The position numbers and the translations under genes were made by a program. Of a DNA stretch of 64,000 nt, positions 14,891 to 26,875 are shown one piece after another (the first letter of the stretch is position 1; every line of letters starts with the position of its first letter). This DNA is from Lama glama (taxonomy: Eukaryota): NCBI GenBank assembly GCA_028534125.1, contig CM052816.1, positions 62,002,001-62,066,000 on the forward strand. Direction: 5' to 3'. The notes beneath the pieces were generated by a model. It was not told the origin of the DNA, did no database searches, and was given only the letters and a program-made list of their open reading frames with translations.

Positions 14891-15520
14891 AGAAGATGTT
14901 AAGTGAAAGAAATAAGTTGGAAAATATTATATATGCCACAGTCCATTTTTCAAATGAGAAGAAAACTTGAGACTTATGTGTAACGATGTTGGTATAAGTG
15001 AATGTTTTAGTTATATACCGAGAAAGCCCAGAAGAATACACATCAAATTGGGTATTTAAAAAACAAGTTATAGTATGTATTCTCTCCTTCCAAGATACTG
15101 ACAACATGAATATTAGATTTGTTGTTATTGTCCCATGATCCTAGGATTTCATCATCCTAATTTTGCTTGAAAAAGAAAATTTTTTAAATTATGCATGGTT
15201 ATATTGTTTTGTTTTTTAAGATCTGGAATAGTACCCACCAAATTGTTGACATTGATTTGCTTTAGAAATTAGAAGTGGAATACTTGAATTTTTTACTTAA
15301 TGTACTTAGTAGTATTTGAAATTTTTATTCAAAGCGTGTAATACTTGTATAAGGTTTCTAATGAGTACAACAAGAATCAAGAAAGGGGACATTGTTACAA
15401 GAAAAGTGCAGTAGCCTGACCAGTGAAATTCACCAGCCAACAAGCCAAATCAAAAAATGTGTACATACCATATTAGTATATAAACTCACGATGACCTGAT
15501 TCTTTCCCCTCAACACACAG

Positions 15521-15593
15521 GAGTAAATGAAGAAGAGGAGAAGAAAAAAGCAAAAAGCAAAGAGAAAATCAAGTTGAAAAAAAAAAGGAAAAG
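15521..15593 (+). CDS. SREK1IP1: SREK1IP1 penultimate coding exon (Lys/Glu-rich)
   Basis: Acceptor tctttcccctcaacacacag| and donor AG|gtatt; 73 nt. Continues the frame as (R)VNEEEEKKKAKSKEKIKLKKKRK(R). Too short to appear in the ORF track. Confidence 0.95.
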
Positions 15594-17795
15594 GTATTAA
15601 AAAAATTGTTTTTTGAAAACCAGGACTGTGAGTCCAGGATGGATTATAAAATTTTATTTTTCATGTTATAGTACAGTTAGTTTATATTAATTTTAATGAA
15701 AGTTAGATGTTTAATTGTTTCAGTAAAAGAACAAAATCCTTCATGTTAGGATTCAAAAATAAAGTCAGCCCTCAGCCACCTTAAATTATCTTTTTTGGAG
15801 CAAATCAAGGTAAAAATAAATAACAGGCCCACCCCCTTTTTTATGGATTCTATTTGTATTCTAGAATTTTTAAGTTTTAAGACATCAGTTTTTAATTGAA
15901 CATAAGTCCAAATTCTTCACATATGTATTTTGTTCTCATATATATGAAGTTGGAACTTAAATATTTGTATTCTCAAAATATCATTGCCATGGCTTAGACA
16001 TTGATTTATTAGTAGGATTTATGTGCTCATTGGTCATGCTAAGAATTCCTTCGGATCTTTCAGAATTTTCACCAGCCACCTATGAATTTTTACTATGAAT
16101 TCTTTTAACAACTGGTTAAAGAAATTGATCAAAAAACTTAAAGAGGCAACTTCTTCCATAGTTAGTGAGTACACTTTGGTTCATACTAAAATAAACATGT
16201 ACATATAGACAATTTTTAAGGTGCTTAGCAGGTAGGAATGTCTAGCTTAGACCTTGATTCTCTGACAGAGTGTGTTCTGCAAATCAGGGGTTGTCACTTT
16301 GTAGTTTTTATAGAGCATGTGATATATGCAAACACCCCAGCTACTTTATAAATTGGAAAAATTAGCTCACTTTCAGATGTTGGGAGTTAAATAATAATGC
16401 TTAATGTAAAAACTAACATAGGAAGGTAGAGCTCAGTGCAATCTGACTGGTGTGTTGTTGAATCATTTGTACTAGCCCAGCAAGATGGATTGCTTACAGG
16501 AAAAGTGAGATTTTCTATTTTCTTCCAAATTCTAATATACTTATTGTGTAGTAACGTATTGGTTATTCAAACCTCTCTACCTTGGGCCTCACAGACCACG
16601 GGTAGGGCCCGAAATTAAAAGACCTTTTTTTTTTCTAAGTGCACTTAGCAAAGATAATGCCACCAAATGTGGTTGCTGTGCCAAAGTGTAACATTCTGCC
16701 TTAAAAAAGAGAATCCAGGTCCAAAAAGCCAAAGAAAAAAGTGCAGGCAGAGAAGCAGCTCTGGTCAGAATGCAGAGTTCAAGCAGGTCTTTAAAACAGG
16801 AAAGCACACTAGAATTGAGAACAACAGAGTTGAAGAAGGTGCGAAAGAATGCAAGAGAAGATAAGCTTAGGAAATGGGGGAGTCTAAGTAAGTAGACAAG
16901 GAAGAGGAAGGAGTACAATGTTACAGCAACAGGGCAAACTCAGAGTCCCCGACCAAGAAAGGCAGCCAGGAAATTCACACAATGAATCACTCTGCAGACA
17001 CAACCTCTCAGTCTCATGTGGTTCCTTTTTCTTCTCCTGTAGATCTCTGCCAGGTTTCCTTAGCTTGGATTTTAACTTATAATGTTTAAATCACTGAACT
17101 ATCTCTTGGGAAGCCTTTTTTTTTGTTGTTTTAAATTAACTCAGTTTCTGTTTTGTCACACATGTTTGGGGTTTGGGTATTGGTAGAATGTTGGACACCT
17201 TTTTATAAAAGATCTTAAGAGTTGGTGTTCTTTGTTCTTTTTCATTAGAGGAAGGAATTCTACAGATTTTTTTTCCTAATTTAATATTAGAGTAACATAA
17301 GAAAAATAAAGTATAATGATAAGTCATCCTTATTTATATAGAGGATACATTTAAAAACATCCTTTCTCTAACTAGTGGAAATTATTTTAGAATGCAGATG
17401 TTCATCTGTATCACTCTCCATCTAAAAGAATCAAGTGCTTTAACTTGAAAAATAAAAAAAAAGAACAAAAGTGCTCTTATTTTGTTGATTTTCAGCTTTC
17501 ATCCATTTCTATGGAGGTACAATTATAGCCCTTTTTATATAATTGCATTCTTTGTGTCTAAAAGAATTTGCTAAGAAGTCATACATACACAAGTGAATTG
17601 TGTATATAAAGAGGGTTGGTAAATGCCACTTTCTTTGCCTTATAAGAAAGATTTTGAAGGGTACACAGGATGAAAAACAAAAAAATCACACAAAAATTAC
17701 TTCATCCTTACTGAACTGAAAACCAATAACTAGAAATGAGCAGAATAGAGACAATTGTTTTATTAGTTTCTCTGGCTAAGTGGCTAAAATTCTGA

Positions 17796-18155
<360 letters not shown>

Positions 18156-20749
18156 CTGAGACTTTGGCCTAAGCCATTACATTTAAAAATTTGGTTTCAA
18201 AAATTATTTTACCTTCCTTGAAATTTGCTATATAATTATGCTTTGCAATAAATCACAGCCTTTTCCATGTAGACATTTTTTCATATATGGGACCATTTTT
18301 GTCTGCCAATATTTTGATACGTTATGATTATAAAGTGCTGAATCAGTCTTACTACTTGATAGCCATGCCCCAAATATGAATAGTTGTGCAACAAAACTCA
18401 CCAGTTTTGGTGTTTGTGTCTGTGTCTAGTGTTACTACTTTGTCAGTTGATTGTAAACGGCTTTCCTACAGTCAACACAGGTAATCTACCTAACAGTTAA
18501 TGAATATTGCTGAATTAAGTATCCACCTTCCAGTGATAAAGTGAGGTAGCGGATTATGCTTTGCTCTTGACACTGAAAAATTTAACAGCTTTATATCCTA
18601 TGATAATGTACAAAGATAGTGAAATTCTTCACTGCTGTTTTTAAATCAGGCTTTTTTTGGGAAGTCATAGGAGATGAAGCTGCTTTATTGGTCTTGACCA
18701 GAACTTTTTAAATGAATGGTGTCGGGCAGGAAGATGATAATGAAAATATTTATAACAAAATTTCACTGTTTCCTGAAATGCAGAGTTTCTAATACCTGCC
18801 TCCTTTGTTTTTGTAACAAAATATTTCTTCCTTGTTTAAAATTACAAGCCTAGTACAGCCTATTTGTAAGTCTCACAGAGATGATACTGTGTTGGGCAAG
18901 ATTTTTAGGATAGACTCCTGGGTGTTTTTACAAATGTGCCATATTGGCACGTCTTAAAGAGATACCTCAAACACAGAACTTTTTATTTAGAAGGGTGACA
19001 GCTAAATCTTCATTAGAATTGATTTTTTATTTTAATCAGTATGTAAATTTTATGAAGCTTGTTTCTATGAGTAATGTGGAAAATTTTTATAAATGTAAAC
19101 ATATATATATTTATTTGTCTGAAATAGTTTGTAGTTTTGAAGCAGGTTTCCACTGAATTTATGATTTCGTAAATGACCAGTTTGGGGTGTTTCTCTCTTT
19201 TACTTCAATCATAAACCTCAGGAGTAGTGACAAAAATTTAGGATTAAGATTTTTATTCTGTACTTTTTAAAATTTTAAGAGCCAGGGAGTTACATCATGA
19301 AAGCCTTTATATAGCAATGGAAATTTTGTATGAGTAAGCATTTTCAAACACGTATTAGCAGATATAAATGTTTCTACATTTTTAATTTCACAATGATCAA
19401 TGTTACTTACTTTGCTTAGTACTTGGGTATCCCTTATGTCGAATAGTTAAATACTTACTGTTGTAGCAGCATCAAAAGTCAACTGGTTATCATGGCACAG
19501 CACCAAAGATTGTAAGTACCTCACTCTGGTGCAGGTATAAAATCTCAAATTGGTGACCTACAGACGTGGCTGTAGGTGACGTCATTATGATGAAATCAGG
19601 TGAGTACACACAACCTCACAGGCTGGAAAGGTGTACTGATTACTTCCTTCACCCAGCATCCCTACCTGGCGTGACCTCAGTGAGACTGGGAGAGCCTCAT
19701 AACTCCTCTTAACATACGCTTTCCATGCTCAGATTCTAGGGAAGATACATCCACGTCTGTATCGTAGTATTACAGCCATGGAAGCTCTCACGCTTCTAGC
19801 TTTTCCGAAACAACTCAGTCCTGTGGCCTCCTTAGAAGTCCTTTTGTTTAAATAGCTCAGTCAGCTGTTTGGAGAGAAACACAGAGCTCTAGGTTCTTAA
19901 GGGTAATTTTTGCCTCTGCTGTAGTTGATGTATTTTGGGAAGCTGGATTTTATGAAAATATAATTCTTTGGTTATCAGGATGAAATAAGTAAAAATAAGT
20001 TTTTAAAAAAACTTTAAAAAATGATTATAAAATGCTAATACATGCAAAAAGATGGTCTTATCCTATTGAGTGTGTAACATGATTAAAAATGATCATTGTA
20101 GTGACACAATTAATCCAGTTATATGTAAGTTTTACTTCTGTTAATTTAGAGGTAATAAATTTGCTCATCCAATTTGTTTTCTGAATGGTGACACAATCAA
20201 TGACTCAGAGTCATGTAAAATTCAGCCTTCATTAACCAATATAGTATGCAAATTAAAAGATTTTAATGCTCAGTAATTTTTCCCCCCTGGAAAGCATCTT
20301 GGAATTATTGAGTAAATTTCCTATAGCATGATAATAGTTTATGAAAGATCTTGTCTGAATAAAAGTCATTTATTTTTACTAAAGTAATTGTCTTCTAAAG
20401 TGATCTTGTTATTATTGTTGGGATTGGATGCAGATCTCAATATTATAGGAGAAAATTAGTGGCATTTCCTCTCAGGCAGTTTATAGCAGAAGGAAAACTG
20501 AACTGAATAGTAAAAATCCAAAAGTTCTGGTCGTTCTAACTACCTGTGTGACCTTCAGCAAAGTCATTGACCTTCTCTGGGCCTTGATGTCTTTCATCCA
20601 TAAAATATCGTACCAAATTACCTCTGAGATCCCTTCTAGCCCTGTATTTACAACTCACTCTGCCAAAAATTATATAGCCCTAGGTTGCCTTCAATTAAAC
20701 TAGATTAAAGAGTTATTAGTAATAGTCTTGTTAAATGCCACTGAGTCCT

Positions 20750-21270
20750 TTCCTGAGCAAACATTTATGGAGTGGCTGGCATGGCAAACAGTGTGTTAAG
20801 TACCAGGGATACAAAGATAATAAGACACATTTGCTTCCCTGAAAAGAATTCGCAGTTTCGTTGGTAGGAGAAACAGCAGAACTCATCATTACATGTTAAG
20901 CACAGTACTTGTGTTTATAGAAACACTGAGGGGTCCCTAACCTAGTCCAGAGAAGTTAGAAAAGGCTACCTAGAAAAAGTATTACCTGAAGTGCATTTTG
21001 ATAGAGGATGAGTGGGAGTTACAGCAATTCCAGACAGAATGAGGGCTGTGAACAAAGCCCACAGTAGAAAAACGAGTGGGGGCAGGAGGGGATGTCGAGA
21101 ATTACAAGCATGTGTGAGGCAGGAAGTGGTAAGAATTGAGACCACCACTCTAGGTTCTTAGGTCCCAGAGAAGGAAGGTTTATGTTCCATGTTTGGGAGC
21201 TTGGACTTTATCTGTAAGGAAGAGACACCATTAAGAGAGTTTTAAGGAAAGAGATGATTTGTTAGGGTTG
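20750..21270. mobile_element. L2 relic (a MIR fragment precedes it at about 20520-20640)
   Basis: caaacatttatggagtg...gtgttaagtaccagggatacaaagataataagacac and ttggactttatctgtaagg, typical of L2 3' regions. Confidence 0.6.
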
Positions 21271-22494
21271 GTTTCATCCATTTCATAATCCAATTCTGCA
21301 GTTTTTAAAGGATGAAATTGCTCTCATTAGAAGGCCACATAGAAAGTAATTTGAACCTTTTGTATTCTATTATTTGGTCTCTTCATCTAGACCCTCTTTT
21401 CTTTCTAAGATCTGATCATTTCTAAAAATTACAGCGACTGAAGTCTTCGAAAAAGCTCCTGTAGTCTTTATCAGACCCGTTCCCAGAATTATATGCGTAT
21501 GTACACAATTTGAAACGTGTTTGCTTTTAATTTTATTCTAGGTTATTTTTGACTGACTTAAAATATATTCTGTGCTATATTAGTATTTTCAGTCCAAATA
21601 AATCATTTAAAATATATTTTTCAATGCACAGACTGTCATAATTTGATAAGGCTTCAATATTTTGTCTCTATATTAGGAATATTACGAAGCACAACTGCTT
21701 CACAGTCACAGAGACACATATCAGCTGGTCCACCAGATGAGCCCTGTCGCTCTCCCTCAGATAACCTGGCTCAGCAGGGAGTGCTCCAAGGACCCCAACT
21801 GATGTTTGTACTGAGATTCAGTTTTCCTGGGCAGATGGCATCCAAGAACGGTAGGGTTTTTTTATGTCAGCTTGACGATAATTTCACTTGCAAAGCCCAG
21901 GGTCTTCAGACTACATTTGTATCCTCCCAATTCCTCCAAAACTTTGCAGAGTGCCAGAGAATTGGGTTGCCTCTCCCAGAAGCACAACGCATGGTGCATC
22001 CAGCCCTGCCCAGCCCTACTTCGCCTGTCCCACCAGTTAGGAAGAGTCTGGGGGACTAGGAGCATTTTGCTGGCCCCGAGTCTCTAAGTTTCCTGCTTCT
22101 TGTATCATTTATGGCATCTGCTCTTGCCCTTGAGCAGCAAGAGTAGACTGTGCCAGTGCCTTAACTAAATTCTGCCAGCCTAGATTTTCACCAGAGGTAA
22201 CATCTCATTAGTAAGAATTATTAATATGTGTATCAAGGTAGCCAATTTTCTGGAATTGATTTGTTTTTCATCAAAGCTGTATAAAAGATCAAGCACCCAC
22301 AAATGCTTTATGTGATTTTTCACAAAAATAAATAAAAATTCTTTGCTTTTATAATCACATAAAATGTCATTTTTGTAATGGAAATGTTTTAACCTTCAGA
22401 CTTCACACACCGAGAAATTTTAATATTTAAACATTGGCAAAACTGTGGTCTTTTTGAATGTGAAATCCAACACAGGCAGAAGGATGTTGCAATA

Positions 22495-22693
22495 ATGATC
22501 TGGAACTATGTTGTCAATTTAGTCACATGTGGCTAATTAAACTTAGATTGTTTAAGTGAAAATGTATTTCTTCAGTTGCACTAGCCACATTTCAAGTGTC
22601 CAGTAGCCACAGGTGGCTAGTGGCTACTGTGTCACAGCACAGATACAGAAAGAACATTTCCATCATCACAGAAACTCCTACTGGACAGTACTG
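22495..22693. mobile_element. MER3-like hAT-Charlie DNA transposon relic
   Basis: gcactagccacatttcaagtgtccagtagccacaggtggctagtggctac...catttccatcatcacagaaactcctactggacag. Confidence 0.75.
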
Positions 22694-23583
22694 GAATCTT
22701 CAGTTCTTGGTAAAAACTTTGACAGCTTGATGATCAAAAGTTTCTAACCCTGAGCTTTGCATGCCTGAGAGCAATAAGACATAGCTTTTTTTTCTCCCCT
22801 CAGCTGACCAGAAAAGCTGTATTTGGCACATTTTGAAAGGCTAGTCTTCCAGCTACAGAAATTGTACAACACGGTAGATGTGTTAAGGAGAGCCAGCTTA
22901 AAATTAATCCTTTTTTCCTGCTGAATTCCATTATAAGATCAGGTCTGTGTTGCTATAGCAGAATCACATTTGTGAATAAAAATCTTTTAAAACAATTATA
23001 ATTTGCAAACACTGTAGTTTACTTCTAGAGGTCTAAGATATTACTGCAGTAGCTTAGATGGGACTGGAGAACTTACTTGGTTTATAAATTTCATCATAGA
23101 GATTCCTTAGGAACTTTATCAGTGAACGATTTTTGTTATGGTTATCCTTTGGTATGCAGAAAGTATCTATCATGCAGATTATACATTATATGTTTTGTTA
23201 TTGAATGTTAGCTTTCATAAAGGCAATAATATAATTTGTGTGCTAAGCAAGTCCTCTAAAAAAGGCATGGGTTGACTTCTAAGAGACTTAAGAACGTGCC
23301 TTAAGAAACTTCTGGTTTATAAGGCCACCCACCCTGAGATTTACCTGAGATTTATCCAGTACCATCCCATCTCTTCTAAAAAATAACTGCCTCTAAGTAT
23401 GAAAAACTTGTGAAATTCTAGTAATGTGATATAATTTCATTGTTCCTCACTGACATAGGTTTGCTTATCTGTGTTATTGATAAATTCTATGGTTTCTCTT
23501 GAAGTATCAGTATAGTTTCTTAATTAGCAAATAAAAGTAAACTTACGCACATGGAAATCTATCAGAAACGTTAGTGGGTGTTT

Positions 23584-23589
23584 AATAAA
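23584..23589 (+). terminator. SREK1IP1: Candidate distal SREK1IP1 poly(A) signal
   Basis: AATAAA followed about 20-30 nt later by the GT-rich ctgtatcttgctttgtg; a second AATAAA lies at 23530. Confidence 0.45.
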
Positions 23590-23677
23590 TGAATTGATCA
23601 AAACTGCAGCTGTATCTTGCTTTGTGAGTGGCGAGTTTTTGACAAGTATTATTACAAACTGTATTTGAAATGCACTC

Positions 23678-23683
23678 TTTATT
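23678..23683 (-). terminator. SHISAL2B: SHISAL2B poly(A) signal
   Basis: Minus-strand AATAAA (plus-strand tttatt) about 40 nt after the stop, followed on minus by gagtgcatttcaaatacagtttgtaa. Confidence 0.7.
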
Positions 23684-23721
23684 GCTTCATCTCTCCAGCG
23701 AGCTTTTACAACATGGGATTT

Positions 23722-23898
<177 letters not shown>

Positions 23899-24489
23899 TT
23901 ATGACATCAAATTTTATGTTAAAATTTGTTCTTAAAAGATAAATTTTGTGGGAGTATTGGAAATATGGTGTCCTGAAAACACTGTGGATGAGTGAGAATT
24001 GAATCATTTCAAAGTTGTTTTTGAGCATTTCCTCCTGAAAATCAAACAGAAGTCAGGATATCATTTCATGCTTACCTTTTTTCACACTTCCATGAAAGAA
24101 ACTATACATTTGATAAGAAGGTTACAGTTTCTGTGTTGCTTAATAAAAATGTGACTGTCCCTATGCACAAAGTGAACGAAACTAAAGTCAATCGTAATAA
24201 TTTGCAACAATCTTAAGGCTTTGCCATTATAATCAATTTAGATGTAACTTCAAAAGAGCGTATTTGTTCCACCACCCCATTCACTCATTCTATATTAACG
24301 AGTCCAAAATGCACAGGGGAAAAGGAATGTGAATCCTTGCTCATCAGAAGGTAAACTAACAAGCTCATAGCAAAGAAACAGACTATTACTGAATGGTGTT
24401 AGAAAAATTAGGTGTGAAAATAATATATTTCACCAATATATACATATTTAAATATATTTGAATAATATATAAATATGTAAATATAGCAC

Positions 24490-24960
24490 AAGAAATCATA
24501 AATGTTACTAATAAACTCCTGTTGCTAAGTCCACAGTCCAGCTCACAATCCACACCTTCCTCGGCCTATCAGAGGCCTGTTTTCCCTTGGCTTCCGGGAT
24601 GCCACCCTTCCTCGATTCACCATCTCTCTTTCTTGGTCTCTCTCTCTCTTGTTGGTCCCTATTCCTCTCCTGGGCATTTTAGGCTTAGGAGTGCCTGAGG
24701 GCTCAGCCATTAGTTCTTGTCGCTGGCTCTCTCCCTAATTATCTCATTAGTCCCACAGTTTTTAATACCATCTCTGTGCTGATGACTCCCAGATGCATTC
24801 TCCTAAACTCCAGGTTCAACTTCCTAGTTGCCATCTCCACTGTGGTATCTAATAGACATCTCCAACTTTGTCCAAAACTGATATTTGGATCATTCCCAGA
24901 AAAAAAAAAAAAAAAAGCCTACTCATACCACTCGTTGCCCCGCATTTTAAACAAGATATC
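24490..24960. mobile_element. L2 relic
   Basis: Pyrimidine-rich L2 text (ttcccttggcttccgggatgccacccttcctc..., accatctctgtgctgatgactcccagat). Confidence 0.6.
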
Positions 24961-25516
24961 TTTAATATTAGCCCAGAGAACAATATCATGCATTTTTCAG
25001 TCCTATAGGCAAGATCTGGGAGCTGTAGTGAGACATCCTTCGCAACAGATAAATAATATTGCCTGTTGAGTGCTGATGATGGGAGTGTAAACTGGTACAT
25101 TTATTTTAAGTCTGAAGTGTTCCTACCTTGTGATTTTAACATGAAGTACCAAGGAAACCATAGAAGGTAAGATCTAAAATGTATATATAAAAATACTTGC
25201 TGGTTATTTCAATATAAAAAATGTAAGTACCTTTCATATTTTTAATAAGGAAACTGCTAAATTATCGTGCATCAAGTATCATGCAGCCATTTAATTTGAA
25301 AAAGCGGTTTCCAAGAAATTTTTAATTATGTTCAAAGTGCTCAGAATACAATGTTAAGTGGGAAAGGATGCAAAACTATCAGCAGTACAATCACAGCTGA
25401 TACTGAAACAGCACTTACTGTGAGCTTCTCTCTACTTAAAATCCTTAGGAGTGAATCTGAATTTCTTGGTTAGGCTGAGGATCAGCCCTACTTCCCTCTC
25501 CCAGCTCAGCTTACCG

Positions 25517-25616
25517 NNNNNNNNNNNNNNNNNNNNNNNNNNNNNNNNNNNNNNNNNNNNNNNNNNNNNNNNNNNNNNNNNNNNNNNNNNNNNNNNNNNN
25601 NNNNNNNNNNNNNNNN
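25517..25616. other. Assembly gap (100 N)
   Basis: Run of exactly 100 N, typical of a gap of unknown size, inside SHISAL2B intron 2. Confidence 0.99.
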
Positions 25617-26281
25617 GAAGGGGGACGCACTGGCCAAGAGGTTCCACTATTAGAAGTAGCTTTCCTCTACTTTTTAACGTCTAGTCTATCTTCATTATAA
25701 TTTTTTCACTTCTTTCCTTTAGGTAAGTCTAAGCCCTCACCTTTAAGTGTGTTCATACTGCCTGGCTTTGCCCATTTGTAAGTAATCATATAGGCTGCTT
25801 TCCAGGCCAGTCAGGACATCCCCCACTACAGGTTGATTTCATAGATCAACACTCAAAGGGCAATTATTATTTACAAGTTGTGAAGGGCAATGTCTCACTA
25901 CTGCTCCCAGATCTTACCCACAGGACTGAAATATGTGTTGTTTGTTCTCTGGGCTAATGTTAAAAATATGTTTTAAATGTAGGGCCTAGAGCAGTACAGT
26001 ACATGTCTTTATTTCATTACTTGTCTTCTAAACTTTTTTGGTAAAATAATGTTCTGCTTCTAAACATTCACTCATAATGTTTCAACCATATAGTTTGAGT
26101 TTGAAAAGTTAATTTGCTGTAAGCAAAACATTTTCTAGCCTGACAAGTAGCCCTTTGCCCAATCAGCAAGCAAAACTGTTTAAGATAAATGCAGTAGGAA
26201 AAGATGGCATGAAAATTTGATGATCTGATAAATTCTTGACTGTTATTTGCAAAGCAAACTTTAAGAAATACAGTAGATTCA

Positions 26282-26419
26282 GGGGGGAGGATATAGCTCA
26301 AGTGGTAAGAGTGCATGCTTAGCATGCATGAGGTCCTGGGTTCAATCCCCAGTATCTCCTCTAAGAATAAATCAATGAATAAACCTAAATACCTACCCCC
26401 ACCAAAAAAAAAAAAAAAA
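26282..26419 (+). mobile_element. Full-length tRNA-Ala(AGC)-derived camelid-type SINE (Vic-1-like)
   Basis: tRNA-Ala-like head with A box (TAGCTCAAGTGG) and B box (GGTTCAATCC), A-rich tail, and a perfect 19-bp TSD aagaaatacagtagattca (26263-26281 / 26420-26438) at a tt|aagaaa L1-endonuclease-type site. Confidence 0.93.
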
Positions 26420-26654
26420 AAGAAATACAGTAGATTCAAATTCAACTGCTAAGTAAGGTGTGGAATATATACATGGGGGCCTTGAAACCATCTTCCTTAT
26501 ATAGCATTTGAAAAAAATGTAGGTTTATTTTTACTTGTTTAGCATTGTTTTTACTCTTCAGTCTCATAGCAGGTAAAGGTAAAAGATCAAGAATTTAAGA
26601 TACAAATTAATTTCATATTATCTGGATGCAATTTGTATCTTATATAAGCACTTC

Positions 26655-26875
26655 CTTTTTTTTTTTAAATTGAAGTATAGTTGATTTGTATTATATTAGT
26701 TCCAGGCCATACAACATAGTGATTCAATATTTTTATAGATTATACTCCGTTTAAACTTACTATAAAATATTAGCTATATACCCTATACTGTACAATGCAT
26801 CCTTGTATCTTATTTATTTTATACATAGTAGTTTATGCCTCTTAATCCCCTACCCCTATCTTGCCCCTCCAACAT
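26655..26875 (-). mobile_element. Younger L1 3'-terminal fragment
   Basis: poly(T) then aattgaagtatagttgattt...acaacatagtgattcaata; the same tail occurs at about 13500 and, in sense, at about 31600-31680. Confidence 0.75.

Larger units (their letters stand above)
18156..23615 (+). other. SREK1IP1: SREK1IP1 3' UTR (maximum likely extent; several alternative poly(A) signals)
   Basis: AU-rich sequence after the stop. AATAAA at 18247, 20154, 20358, 22327/22331, 23530 and 23584; the last is followed by GT-rich sequence. The true end cannot be fixed from sequence alone. Confidence 0.55.

Noticed and set aside
21643..22059. 138-aa ORF in the SREK1IP1 3' UTR region
   Set aside because: TTG start, no recognisable homology, no supporting splice structure.
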